DNA of 64,000 nt from the human T2T-CHM13v2.0 reference genome, Homo sapiens. This document shows positions 13,867 through 34,720 of this stretch, in pieces. A program made the position numbers and the translations under genes. The number at the start of each line of letters is the position of its first letter. Positions within the stretch are counted from its first letter, which is position 1. The stretch lies in assembly GCF_009914755.1 (NCBI RefSeq), contig NC_060930.1; one strand, given 5' to 3'. The notes below the pieces were generated by a model. It was not told the origin of the DNA and searched no databases. It was given only the letters and a program-made list of their open reading frames with translations.

Positions 13867-15548
13867 TTTTCTCAGGATTACCTAGATATACACACTCCAT
13901 ATACCATCTGTAAGCTCAGAAAGTAAATAATTAAGCATGTAGGAATTTTATATAAAACACAGTGAGTAGGCTCTGAATCAGGACCTAAGCGTTTCCTATA
14001 AAATAAAACCCATGGGATTTATGATGCAAGTTTAAACACTGAGATGCTTATTTTGCATTCTTTTCAGAGTCATTGTTTTTATTTTATGTCACTATCATTT
14101 TGTAAGAAACAGTAACCTTTGCCGCATTCATAAATAAAAACCTTATTTCCTTTAACTATATTCTCAGAGAGTATGTTTGTTTGATTTTCAGTTTCTCTGC
14201 ATTCGGTCCTGTCTTTTTCTAAGGCAGAAACCAAAGCAAGCGATAGATGAATGAATGCTGAAGCAGCATGCTATCAAGAGATTAGCATCTGGCAACTGGA
14301 TGAGTTGAAACTAGTAGCTTTCTTGAGCTTCCTAGAATTGAGTTGCACTATGAGCCTAAGAGATTTTTGTTGAAAGAAATCTCACCAAATTTCCTGGCCC
14401 TGATAACATTTTAGTCAGGCCTAAAATATACTTCATTCTAACATTCAGTCTTTTGAAACAAACACCACAATAATAAAATAACAATAATAAACAATAATAA
14501 AAATAACAATAATAAAATAACAAAACGAAAGTATTGGCAACCTATGAACTCCTCAATACCAAAACTAAATGCAGCACTAAGCTAAACAAGCCTCTATGTT
14601 ATCTAATGTTCTTTATAAACTCCCCGTGAGGGGTACACAGCAGGTGCTGTGGGGCAGCAGAGATTCTAGACAGAAACATGGTAGGGCTTTTGTTGCAGCT
14701 GCTATGCTAGTTACCAGAAGATCAATAAATGATTGGAGCACCTAACACAGTGAATGATTGCAGTGGCATTGAAATAATGATATAGGAAACTACTTAAAAT
14801 GCATATATGCACTTGCTCTTTGGCTGTCAGGATCTCAAATTCAACATGCCTGGCACCTAAACAATTTCTGAATATTTTGCTTAAAAGAGTTACAAGGTTG
14901 ATTGTTTTGGGTTTCTTACTTTGACATATAGATTTAGAGAAAAAGAAAAACAATTTAAATTTTTTGCCAATCAATTTAATCAGGTAATAAGTAAAAAATC
15001 CAGGAAGAGTTCATTTGCTCAGTGTTTATCCATTTAAATGAATTTTTTGACAGCTAATGTTTATTCTTTCTGGCATGAAAACTTTAAAAATTTTAATCAT
15101 TTCAACTTCAACAAATGCTTTCAGAATTCTCATGTGCAATTCATTCTTTCTTAAACTCTGAATATTGAATGAAATTTCATCTTTTTCTTGACATAACAGT
15201 TTCAGTTACATATTTGCTCTTGCTCTAAATATGCCTTCAGTTATAATTATGGATTTTACAGCTTCTCCATCTTTCCAGAGTTGACAGGAAATGCCACACA
15301 ACCTCACAGAACGAAAATCATTCAAATTTTCGTGTCCATACTTGTGCTCTCAACACTGATCAGCTGTCCTACTTTTTCTTGTTTAATCTTCCTTTGATTC
15401 TACATACAGAATGAAGAATTCCTTTCTGAGATTCCTTTCTTTTCTCTTTTAGATTCTCCACGGAGAATGCAAACTTTTACCCATGTCCTCAAGCTTCCAA
15501 TTAAACTAGCCACTCTCACTTCCTTCATACTACCTAATACATTGAGAA

Positions 15549-16165
15549 AGGAGAACTACCATTTGTCCCAGCAATCCCATCACTGGGAAGATATCCAAAC
15601 ACAAATTATTCTACCATAAAGATACATGCACACAAATGTTCATTGCAGCACTATACACATAGCAGAGACATAGTATCAACCTAAATGCCCATCAATGACA
15701 GATTAAAGAAAAGATATATGCATACACATGGTGTATATGTATACTATCCCATATACGCCATGGAATACTATGCAGTCATGGAAAACTATGCAGTCATGGA
15801 AAAGAATGACATTATGTTTTTTTCAGGAACCTGGATGGAGCTGGAGGATGTTATCCTTAGCAAACTAACACAGGAACAGAAAGCCAAATACCTCATGTTC
15901 TCACTTATAAATGGAAGCTAAATGATAAGAACTTAGGAACACAAAGAAGGAACAGACACTGGGGTCTATCAGAAGGGAGGAGGGTGGGAAAAGGTAGAGG
16001 AGCAGAAAAGATAACTATTGGGTACTGGGCTTAATAGCTTGGTGATGAAATCATATGTACAACAAAACTTTGTGACACATGTTTACCTGTGTGACAAAAC
16101 TTTACATGAACCCCCAATCCTAAAATAGAAGTTAAAATATAAAATAAATAAATAAATAAATAGAA
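15549..16165 (+). mobile_element. LINE-1 3' end (L1PA15/16-like), 5'-truncated
   Basis: ORF2 C-terminal remnant (WMELEDVILSKLTQEQKAKYLMFSL), 3'UTR, (AAAT)n tail. Confidence 0.85.
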
Positions 16166-16203
16166 AATTTGGCCAAGAGTCTTTCAAATCATTGTCCATT
16201 TTT

Positions 16204-22338
<6,135 letters not shown>

Positions 22339-22984
22339 ATCATTCCTGTCCATTTTTAATTTAACATTTCAATTTCAGCTTCCCTTCCTCCAGGAATGAA
22401 TGGGTCATCTCCCTCCAGTCTCTACTCCTGATCCTCTCTCTTCTGGTCTACTCCAAGATTCCCATCAATTATTCCCCAGGCTCTTCCTTATCAAATATGT
22501 GTTCCTCTTGACCTATAATCATGCTTCAGTCTATTTTGTCTTTAAAAAACAACACAAAGTAAAGCAAACAATAATGCCATGCAGCATTTCTAACTCTACT
22601 ATTTGTTTTTCATGCTACTTCTCACTCATGATATCTTGTTTCATCAGTTTTATAGTTTGGAATTTAGAGTTCAGTTAATCTAAATGTATGGAAATATTGA
22701 GGGAGTCTGAGTTAAATGTAGATATTTCTAAAGAGTAATTTTATTCTCTTCTGCCAAATACTCATGATCACATTAAATTAATTTTTAGATTTATGAGTAT
22801 AAAAATACAAATAACAATTCCATATAAGCCAGGGCTATATCTAGGAACTCTTAAGAAATACATTATATTTGTCCTACCTAGAGTCAGGGCCAAGAACAAA
22901 CAAATAACTTTGTCATGTGTCTTTGCTGGTGGGTAGACTTCTTTTTTTCCTGGTTTGTCTTTTCACTGTGAAAATATCCCTTTG

Positions 22985-23267
22985 GGCCGGGCACAGTGGG
23001 ACACGCCTGTAATCCCAGCACTTTGGGAAGCCAAGGCGGGCAGATCACAAGGTCAGGAGATTGAGACCATCCTGGCCAACACGGTGAAACCCTGTTTCTA
23101 CTAAAAATACAAAAATTAGCTGGGCATGGTAGTGCATGCCTGTAATCCCAGCTACTTGGGAGGCTGAGGCAGGAGAATCACTTGAACCAGGGAGTCAGAG
23201 GTTGCAGTGAGCCAAGATCATGCCACTGCACTCCAACCTGGTGACAGAGCAAGACTCTATAAAAAAA
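22985..23267 (+). mobile_element. AluSc-type
   Basis: Full dimer; gatcacaaggtcaggagattgagaccatcc; TSD ATCCCTTTG at 22976 and 23268. Confidence 0.88.
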
Positions 23268-24479
23268 ATCCCTTTGAAGGAAATGACTATATAAACCACC
23301 TTAGGTAGGCACAAGGTATTACTGAATCATGAAAACACAAGTCTCTTGGCATCATAAAATACTGTCATGCAGTCACAAGTCTGGTATTGGCTTACCATAC
23401 CAAATTCCTTCTTTTTAAAAATTTTCAGACAATAGGGAATTCCCTTGTGAATTTAAAGAATTTGTTGAATTATATATAGCACATCTCACAGTAGGTGATC
23501 TAGTTTTTTATGTTGCTGGAAACAGAAATCTCCATGTTTCTTTATCAGTAGAGATGGGTGTACTATCTGTCAAGATAATGCTGTAATGAATAACTGTGAT
23601 TACAGAGAGCTCCAAAATACCAAGTTTCATATCCTGTAAGATATTTATATTTTAATTTTAATTCATTTTCTGGTAGAAAAAAATTAATCCAAGATTCTTT
23701 ACCATTTATATTAAAACAACAGGTTAAAAAAAACTATGTCACACAGTTAACTATGAAAATTATATTTAACACAGTTTCCATTTCAGAGAGATGAGAAAAT
23801 TAAGCCTTAAAAAATGCAAGCAAATTGCTTAAGGCCATAAAAAATTAAGGGATAGAACTAATATGTGCATTTAGAGTTCCTTTTTTAAAAACCCACAGTA
23901 AACAATATGATTATATCCTCTGACCTCCAATAACACGAATATTGACCAGACAGTATAAAGTAGCTATCTTTAGAATAAAAATAGAAGACCTACAAAAGAA
24001 ACCAAGACATAATAAAAGAGGAAGAATCTATTAAAAAAAGAAGAAAAATTTTAAAATAATAGAATGGAACTTATAGCTGTGAATATCTTGCAATTGCTCC
24101 TGACTTCCAGTAATTGCAAACAAAGTAAATCAGATCAAGCTTCAGGCTCAGAGCAACTATTAATACTTGCAAAATATTTTTTTAAAAATCTGTTCTATGT
24201 CATTTGAACATTAAAGAGGCAGGGGTGAATTAAAAGATCAAGATATTTAGGGGAGAAAATGAAAAAGACAGAAGAGTTCTGCAACTGGTGCCATTTTTTT
24301 TTTCTGTCCACGCTCATATCAGAAGAGGCACCTGAGAGAATCAGGAGCTTTGCAAAACTTTGAACAGATTCATGGTGCCAAGGGAACAAAAATTGGAGTT
24401 CATTGCCTGCCTAGGACAGGCAAGTGGCAAACATCTGGGGCTTTGAGACCACAAAGAAATATACTCTAGAAATCCGTGT

Positions 24480-26005
24480 TTATGATTTTTTAAGTGGGCT
24501 TTTATAAGCCTTGATTATATCAAGGTGATCTGGAATTACTAGCCACCTACTAGAAAAAAATATATAAATCCTCTTTGGTGGAAGATATTACACACTTAAA
24601 TTATCTCTACTACTTTGTATAAAATGGGTAGTTTATATTAAAAAATAATTAGAATAACAAGGAGACAAGATAACATGATCACAACCAAGAGAAAAACAGA
24701 TATCAGAAACAGACAAGAGAAAATTCAAAATTATAAAGTTATTAGAAATAGATGTTAATATAGTCAAGGAAATAAAAGACATAATTTAAAATATTGTCAG
24801 ATAGCTAAAAATGTAAAGAACAATCCAATGAAAATTCTAGATATGAAAAAATGCAATTACTGAAAAAATACTCAATATATGGGTTAACAGTAAATTAGTC
24901 ATAGATGAAAAAAGAATAAATCACCTGGTAAATTGGTCAGAAGAAAATACCCAGGATGAAGTATAAAGAGACAAAAAGAAGGAAAAATAGAGAAAATTAC
25001 ATAGGAAAGACATCGGGGATCCAATTAAAAGTTCCAACAAATGTGTAAGTGGAGTCCCAGAAGAAAAGGAGAGAAAAATGGAGCAGAAAGATAGTTGAAG
25101 AGAGTATGGCTATGGATTTTTCACAACTGGAAAAAGAGATTAAGCTGCAGATTCAGATAGTATTAGGAATCCCAAAAAAGGATATATACAAAGAAAGCTA
25201 CACATAGCACATTATAGTGAAATCAATGAAAAACAAAGAAAAATTAGAAAATCATAAGATCATCTATAGGGAAGGAAAAGAGACTACCTTGATGGGAATC
25301 ATAATCAGAATCATAATTGCCTTTTCAATAAAAACTACGAAGCCAGAAGACACTGAAATGTATTTTCAAAGTACCAAAAGAAAATAACTGCCAATCTAAA
25401 ATTCTATAGTCAATGAAAATGTCTTTGAGGAACAAAGTCAAACTAGGATATTTGCAGACCACAACAATAGCATCTGTTGTCAGTAGACCCACTGACATTG
25501 CTGGTAGATTCCTCTAATGGAAATATTAAAGGAATGATTACCTCTAGATAGAAAGAAAGCCATAGTGATTGGAAGATGGCATGAGGGAGCTTCTTGGCAA
25601 TGACAGAATTTTATTTATTGACCTAGTTGCAGCATGTGTTTACTTTGTAATAGTTTGTTGAGATTCACCCTTGTGACTTGTGCACTTTGTGTGGATGAGT
25701 TAAACAAAACTATAAATGAACTGGATGTGATCTGAACAAAATATCCAGAGAGCAACAGGAGGAAATAAACAGATGGATAAAATGAAGGACAGATTTAAAG
25801 ACACCATGGCTAGAAAGTCCAGTAACAGTTACAAAAGGGAAGAATTGAGAAAATGAAGGAGGCACAGTATTCAAAGAGATAATGGCTGGGAAAATAAAAG
25901 AAAAGCCAGAAAACTCTCTAAAGTGCTGAAAAAAATAGTCATCAATCTAGAATTCTATACCACGCCAATTTACCCATCCAAATAAGAGTGAAATAAAGAC
26001 ATTTG
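24480..26005 (+). mobile_element. Ancient L1M/HAL1-like fragments (ORF1-type sequence plus L1ME-type 3' end)
   Basis: A-rich degenerate ORF1-like motifs (ggagtcccagaagaaaaggagag; actgccaatctaaaattctata) and a 3'UTR-like block at 25550-25705. Subfamily and boundaries uncertain. Confidence 0.6.
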
Positions 26006-26115
26006 CACTCATTCATTCATTCACACAGTTTGTTGTTGTTCAACAATTCTTATTGAGCACTTACACTGTCTAGGCATAGGGACTACCATTAACAAAAGCA
26101 ATTTAAGTCCCCATT

Positions 26116-26851
<736 letters not shown>

Positions 26852-26852
26852 A

Positions 26853-27036
26853 TATGTACGCATTTCTGTTGGATTTTACCTAGGGGTATAAGCTGTTTAT
26901 TATGTTCAGCATTAGTTGATGATACCAAATAATGTTTCCAAATTGTTGTATTTACTTATATTTCCACCAGCAGTGTTTCACATACTCATCAATACTTGTT
27001 ACTGTCAGTCTTTTTAATTTTAGCCATTCTGGTAGA
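26853..27036 (-). mobile_element. Old L1M ORF2 3' fragment
   Basis: ttccaccagcagtg...ctttttaattttagccattctgg motif of L1 ORF2 C-terminus. Confidence 0.6.
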
Positions 27037-27785
27037 TTTGATGCTGGACAAATATAGACTATAATAGTTTTACTACTAATAGCCTTTTGCAGAAAAAACT
27101 ACTAACAAGTCCACCTTAGTTTTTTACAATGAAAAAATAAAACCAAGAAAGAAAGAAATAGTAGATGAAAAATAAAACATAGAGGAAAATAGATGTTAAA
27201 CTTTGGATAAATTTACAATGAATTTGGGGAGTAAAAAATAATAGAATAAAGTTTAAAAATTATTTAAGTGGAAAGGGTAAAGTTTTCTAAGATCCTTACA
27301 TTAGGAGAGTAGATAAAGCCTAATGAAAAAATAAGAGGAAGAAATTAACTTTGCCAGGACTGAAGAAGAAGGAAAGGGTATTTCAGAAAGGTAAAACATT
27401 CTTTGCAAATATTCCGTGCCCTGAAAGAATCTGGCATATTTCCAGAAGGGCAACAATGTGGCATGTGGCTGAATGCCAGCCTTCATGAAGGGTGCTGAGG
27501 AGATTAGGCTGCAATCGGGACACTAATTTGGGGATAGATTGGGTTGGGCTATTTCAGGAGATTTTTAGGAGTCTATACTTCATTTATTTGACCACTAGTC
27601 ATTAACATTTTAGAACACACAAAACATTTTAAATGATTTTAAAAGCACAAATGGCATCACTTGAATTACATTCAATATAATTATGGTTTTAATATAAATA
27701 TAAAATGTAAACTGGAATCCTCAAAACAGTTAAATAGCAATTGTAATAATCCATGTATAAAGTGGCAATTTAATATTTCACCTCA

Positions 27786-28264
<479 letters not shown>

Positions 28265-28314
28265 CTAGGAGATTCCCCTGGTGGTTGGTTCTCCTGCATA
28301 CCTAGCTCCTCCCC

Positions 28315-28315
<1 letters not shown>

Positions 28316-28361
<46 letters not shown>
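28316..28361. repeat. (AC)23 microsatellite
   Basis: Uninterrupted CA run counted directly. Confidence 0.97.
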
Positions 28362-28363
<2 letters not shown>

Positions 28364-28492
28364 TGTCAGTTTCCATTATTTGGCTCGTATGTTATTGAAC
28401 AAATATCTTCAGGAAAAAAAAGAAGTGTGGATTTAGAACATGATTTCATGCTGCCTGTTGAGAGTATTTCTCTCTCTGTCTGTCTCTCTCTC

Positions 28493-28806
28493 TTTAAAGA
28501 AAAGATCTCACTCTGTCACCCAGGCTGGAGTGCAATGGGCTGATCATGGCTCACTGTAGCCTTGAACCCTTGGGCTCAAGCAATCCTCCCACCTTAGCCT
28601 CCTGTAGCTACGACTACAGGCACGTGCTACCATATCCATATCCAGCTAGGTTTTTTTGTTTTTTGTTTTGTTTTGTTTTGTTTTTTGTAGAGTTGGGGGT
28701 CTCACACTTTTGCCCAGGCTTGTCTTGAACTCCTGGCCTTAAGCAATCTTCACTCCTTGCTCTCTCAAAGTGCTAGGATTACAGGTCTGAGCCAATGTAC
28801 CTGGCC
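28493..28806 (-). mobile_element. AluJ
   Basis: Diverged dimer, gatcatggctcactgtagccttgaacccttgggctcaagcaatcctccc. Confidence 0.85.
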
Positions 28807-29921
28807 TTCCTTTTTCTTTAAGATGTTAAGGTATCAAATTTCTGAAACCAATCCCATAAATAATTAGTAATAATCTAAGACTTCTAAAGATGTTTTTATT
28901 TCATGTTGTTTTTTCTACCAAATTATCCAAAGAAAGCTGTCATAGACAGAAGTTAAATGTATCAACCCCCTATACCCTTATTATGACTTTTCCTGGTACA
29001 GTTATAGACTTGAATCTCAATTCTGCCTCTGGTATTGGAATCACGGGCTCAGATAGAACCACTGAATCTTTTTCCCGCCATATTCCTATCTATTGTTGCA
29101 TGTATGATTTGTTTGAAAAATGATTGTCTCATATTGCAAAAGAGCACAGATGTGCCTCCTCTTTCTCAGTTATAATGATGAAAATCCCCAGTAAGCAATT
29201 ATTTTGTGAATGAATTTTATAGAATGCCAATTCATGCTGCAAAACTAATTCGTCCTTCTGTTAACAACAAGCATCACCCAAATGTCCCCCCACCTGCCAG
29301 AATAAGTACTATGACAAATACAAGATTTTAAAAAAGCAACATGCTTACCAAGTTCTGAAGAAGTATTCAATCATAGCAGTATTACAGATTTTCATGAGGA
29401 AAATCCATTAGGCTTTAATATGTTGCAGTATATAACAATCTAGAACATTATACTTTTACAGTATTTCAAAGAAGCAATCTTGTTATACAGTTGTTTCCAT
29501 TTTAGAAAAAGCAATTGGAAATTTCTAACTTAACTTATGAAACATTATGCGTACCTTAAGGAGTTCATTATGTCATTATTGGCCCTTTGTTTCCTGATTC
29601 ATTATTTATAACTAAATGCTGAAAGATATAAAAGAAGAAGCTTTACAGTTGGTTGGTATAAATGGTCAAAAGTTTTTTTAAAAACTCAATGTTTTCTATT
29701 ATATTTAGGATTTGGTCTAAACTCTGAGTTTTCTAACAAATAAAAAATCAGAAAAGTTCTTGATGCATTATTACATACAAAATGAATAGTCTGTAATTAC
29801 TTTACCTACAATATCACCACCATCACCTCCACCAAGATAATCAGTGTATGAACATCCTTACTTTTCTACCCCATGTCTGAAAGGAAGAAATTTATTTTCT
29901 GATATCCAAGCTCAATCCATC

Positions 29922-30584
29922 TATATTAGTTCTCTGTGGCTGCTGTAACAAATGACCACACACTTGGTGGCTTAAAACAACAGAAATTTCTTCTTTCCTT
30001 GCCTCTTTCAGCTTCTGGGGGTGCCCAGTGTTCTCTGGCTTGAGGCAACATCATATCACCTTCTCCTCTTCTGTGTATCTGTCCTCTCTGTGTCTGTCTC
30101 ACAACTGTCTCTCCTTCCTTATAAGGATACATGTGATTGTATTTAGGACTGACTCAGATAATCCAGGATAAACATTTCCTCTCAGAGCCTTGACTTTATC
30201 CCATCCTTTATAATATAAGGTAAAAATCACAAGTTTTGGGAATTTGACATGGAGGTCTTTTGGTGCTTTTTTTCTTTTTGAGACAGGATCTGGCTCCGTC
30301 ATCCAGGCTGGAGTGCATGGGACAATCTTGGCTCACTGCAACCTCCGCCACCTGGGCTCAAGCCATCCTCCCACCTCAGCCTCCCAAGTAGCTGGGGCTA
30401 CAGGCATACAACATCACACTTCACTAATATTTGTATTTTTTGTAGAGACAGGATTCACCATGTTGCTGAGGCTAGTCTCAAACTCCTGAGTTCAAGCAAT
30501 CCACTCACCTTGGCCACCGAAAGTACTGTGATTACAGGCATGAGCCACCATGCTCAGCCTGGTGCTATTGTTTGGCCCACCATA
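29922..30584 (-). mobile_element. MLT1 (MLT1C-like) solo LTR, split by AluJ
   Basis: tattagttctctgtggctgctgtaacaaatgaccacacacttggtggcttaaaacaacagaaattt...ttataaggatacatgtgattg. Confidence 0.8.
30268..30559 (-). mobile_element. AluJb-type
   Basis: Diverged dimer; TSD TGGTGCT at 30261 and 30560. Confidence 0.85.
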
Positions 30585-30585
30585 C

Positions 30586-32953
30586 TGATATGGTTTGGAT
30601 TCATATCCCCACCCAAATCTCATGTTGAATTGCAATCCCCAGTGTTGGAGGCGGGGCCTGGTGGAAGGTGATTTGATCATGGGGCTAGATTTTCCCCTTG
30701 CTATTCTCATGATAGTGAGTGAGTTCTCACAAGATCTGGTTGTTTAAAAGTCTGTAGCACCTCACACTTCCCTCTCTCTTCCCCCTGCTTCAGCCACGTG
30801 AGACGTGCCTCCTTCCTCTTCACCTTCTGCCATGCTTGTGAATTTCCTGAGGCCTCCCAAGCCATGCTTCTGGTACAGCCTGCAGAACTCTGAGCCAATT
30901 AAATCTCTTTTCTTTATAAATTAGTCAGTCTCAGGTAGTTCTTTATAGCAAGAATGGACTAATACTGAATATTGGTACCAGAGAAGTGGGGCATTGCTAC
31001 AAAGATACCTGAAAATGTGGAAGCGATTTTGGAACTGGGTAATGGGCAGATGTTGGAACAATTTGAAGGGCTCAGAAGAAGACAAGAAGATGAGGGAAAG
31101 TTTCGAACTTCCTAGAGACTTGTTAAATTGTTGTTAACAATGAAGTCCAGGCTGAGGTAGTGTCAGATGGAGATAAGAAATTTATCGAGAACTGGAGTAA
31201 AGGTTACTTTTGCTATGCTGTGGCAAAGACTGGTGGCATTGTGCCCCTGCTGTAGGGATCTGTGGAACTTTGAACTTGAGAGAGATGATTTAGGGTATCT
31301 GGTGGAAGAAATTTCTAAGCAGTAAAGTGTTCAAGAAGTATCCTGGCTGCTTCTAACTGCATATGCTTATATTCATGAGCAAAGAGATGGTCTGAAATTG
31401 GAACATATATTTAAAAGGGAAATAGAGCATAAACGTTTTGAAAATTTGTAATGTGGCCAAGTGGTAGAAAACAAAAACCCATTTTCAGGGGAGTAATTCA
31501 AGCTGGCTGCAGAAATTTGCAAAAGTAAAGAGGAGCCTAATGTTAGTAGCCAAGACAATGGGGAAAATGCCTGAAAGGCATTTCAGAGAGCTTAATGGCA
31601 GCCCCTCCCATCACATGCCCAGAGGCCTAGGAACAAAGAATGGTTTTGTAGACCAGGCTATGGCCTTGCTGCCCTGAGCAACCTTGGGAGACTTCTCCCT
31701 GTGTCCCAGCCACTCCAGCTCCAGTCATGGCTAAAAGGGCCCCAGATATGGATCAGGCTGCTGCTTCAGAGGGTGCAAGCTGTAAGCCTTGGTGGCTTCC
31801 ATGTGGTGCTAAGACTGTGGGTGCACAGAGGGTAAGAGTTAAGGCTTTGGAGCCTCTGCCCAGATTTCATAGAATATATGAAAACACCTCAATATCCAGG
31901 CAGAAGTCTGCTGCCTGGATGGAACCCTCATGGAGAATCTCTACTACAGCAGTGCAGAGGAGAAATGTAGCGTTGGAGGCCCCACACAAAAGTCTCCACT
32001 GGGCACTGCCTAGTGGAGCTGTGAGAAGAGGGCCACCGTCCTCCAGACCCCAGAATGGTATATCCACCAACAGCTTGTACTATGTGCCTGGAAAAGCCAC
32101 AGGCACTCAACACCATCCTGTAAAAGCAGCTGAGGGGACTGTACCCAGCAAAGCTACAGAGGTGGAGATGTCCAAGGCCTTGGGAGTCCACCCCTTGTAT
32201 CAGTGTGGCCTGGATGTGAGATATGGAGCCAAAGGAGATTATTTCGGAGCTTTAAGATTTAATGACTGCCCTTCTGGGTATTGGACTTGCATGGGGCCTG
32301 TAGTGCCTTCGTTTTGGCTGATTTCTCCCTCTTGGAGTGGGTATATATACCCAATGCCTGTACTCCCATTGTGTCCTGGAAGTAACTAACTCGCTTTCAA
32401 TTTTACAGGATCATAGACAGAAGGGAATGCCTTGTCTCAGATGAGACTTTGGATTGTGGACTTTTGAGTTAATGCTGAAATGAATTAAGACTTAGGGGAC
32501 TGTTGAGAAGGGAGGATTGTATTTTGCAATGTGAGAAGGACAAGGGATTTGGGAGGGGCCGGGGTGGAATAATATGGTTTGGATTTTTGTCCCCACCCAA
32601 ATCTCATGTTGAATTGTAATCCCCAGTGTTGGAGGTGGGGCCTGGTGGGAGGTGACTGGATCATGGAGGAAGATTTCCCCCTTTATACTCTTGTGGTAGT
32701 GAGTAAGTTCTCAAGAGACCTGGTTGTTTAAAAGTCCATAGCACCTCCCCTTTCCCTCTTTCTTCCCCCTGCTTCAGCCATGTGAGATGGGCCTCCTTCC
32801 TCTTCACCTCTGCCATGCTTGTAAGTTTCCTGAGGCCTCTCAAGCCATGCTTTCTGTACAGCCTGCAAAACTCTGACCAATTAAATCTCTTTTCTTTATA
32901 AATTACTCAGTCTCAAGCAGTTCTTTATATCAATGCAAGAATCGACTAATACA
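30586..32953 (+). mobile_element. Complete MaLR element (MSTA-type): 5'LTR 30586-30966, internal region, polypurine tract 32551-32569, 3'LTR 32570-32953
   Basis: Two homologous LTRs of about 380 bp (T[G/A]ATATGGTTTGGA...GACTAATAC). MST/THE1-int internal sequence with a residual 220-aa ORF at 31727-32389. 5-bp TSD CATAC/CACAC. Confidence 0.92.
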
Positions 32954-33099
32954 CACACCACCTATCTATGACTTTGCCCCATACTTTTCTGCCCCGATAT
33001 TTTCTTGCTCTGATCCCCACCACTCCTCCACCTCCCTTTTCCTTTTCCTTGTATCTTTGATTGCTCACCTTTCAACAGTTCTTTCCCCTCATCACAGAA

Positions 33100-33490
33100 T
33101 CATATGAGTTTGCTAGGGCTACTGTAACCAAGTACCACAGACCAAGTAGCTTAAACAACAGAAACGTATTTTCTTATGATTCTGGAGGCCAGAATCCAAG
33201 ATCCAGGTGTTGGCAGGCTTTGCTTTCTTCTGAGGCCTTACTCACTTCTTGGCTTACAGATAGCTTTCTTCTCCCTGTATTTTCACATGGTCTTCCTTCT
33301 GTAGGTGTCTGTGTCTTAAGCACACCTTTTTATAAGGACAACAGGCATATTGGATTAGAGTACCCTAATGACCTCATTTTAACCTACTTACTGTTTAAAA
33401 ACGCTATCTACAAATACAGTCACATTTTAAGGTACAGGGAGTTAGGACTTCAGCATATACATTTGGAAGGACAGAATTCCATCTATAACA
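33100..33490 (-). mobile_element. MLT1 (MLT1B/A-like) solo LTR
   Basis: tatgagtttgctagggctactgtaaccaagtaccacagac...ctaatgacctcattttaac...ctataaca. Confidence 0.82.
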
Positions 33491-34474
33491 CATAACATTC
33501 TTACCCCTTCTGGAAAAAAAAATCATCTAAGGAGCTACTACTTCAAACTACCAGCTATATCAGGTATTCACTATGCATCAAATGATCTGTGCTCCCCAAC
33601 ATTTCTCAGCTCTCTTGGTATAAGGTGAAGCCCTGGTACTAACTTTAGGTTGGCAGTACTACATTTTTAATGGACCAGGAGGGGCTTATACTATGAAAAC
33701 ATGGACGTAAAAAAGAAAGGTAGTTTCACTTTAGAATCACAGTCTGATAATATTGGCAACAAATGGATTATACTTTTGTTTTCGCAAAAGTTAACTGATA
33801 TAATATTCTCAGCAGCACTTTGTTCTCATGCCTCTTTAACTTTCATTAATGAAGACTATAAGAAACAGCTTTATAAAGTCAATTAGGAAATGTACTATAA
33901 GAAAATTATTTTGCATATCTCCAAAACTCTTTGCTTCCTCAGAGTACTCCATTTAACATTTTGGTCAATGATCTTTTAACTGATATATTTGTTTGGCTGG
34001 TTTTTGTTTTTGTTCATTTGTATTGCCTAAAGCCATGAGTGGGGGTGCATATTTTACAAGTACAATATAATGTAACCTCAATGAGATAACAACTGGGGCA
34101 ATTGTAGTCATCCATGCATTTCCTATGTCTAGAACAGGTGCTCAGTAAACACATTAGCAAAATAATGAGCCAACTTTATAGTACTATATGGTCTGAATAT
34201 CTGCATTGTTATTTTTTCCTAATCTTGATTTCCTTTTCTTTCTTATATTTTTCTATACCTAATTATTTTATATGTGTCCTTGATAGAATAATTATATATC
34301 AATAAACAATTTGAAAATATATTTAATAAACATTTAACTGAATGAATTATCTGAATTGATATATATAGTGTCTGAAATTTTTTGTGAATGAGGCAATGCC
34401 AGGGAGAGTCCTAGCAGGAGACTTTCTGCATTCACCTTACATCAAGTCAGCAGTCATCACAGAATTGGTTACAG

Positions 34475-34720
34475 CAGCAGTTTTCAAAGTGCCAATCAGG
34501 AAATTCTCCAAAATCTTTCAGGGGATCTGTGAGATTAAATATTATTTAAGTAAACAGGCATTTACTATTTTCATTTTCAATAACTATTTTAACATTTTTC
34601 CATTTTAATTTAAATATGATAAATCTTGAAAGTTATAGCCATATAAACAAAAGCCCTTTGGGAGGTCTTCAGAAGGTTTAAGACCGTAAGTTTCTCAAGA
34701 TCAAAGTGTGGGAATCAATG
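34475..34720 (+). mobile_element. hAT-Charlie non-autonomous element (Charlie1-type ends, MER106-like)
   Basis: CAGCAGTTTTCAAAGTG start; aaacaaaagccctttggg...caaagtgtgggaatcaatg end; 8-bp TSD GGTTACAG/GGTTAAAA. Confidence 0.65.

Noticed and set aside
33061-33495. 144-aa ORF
   Set aside because: Lies almost entirely in an MLT1 LTR, starts at TTG, no coding evidence.
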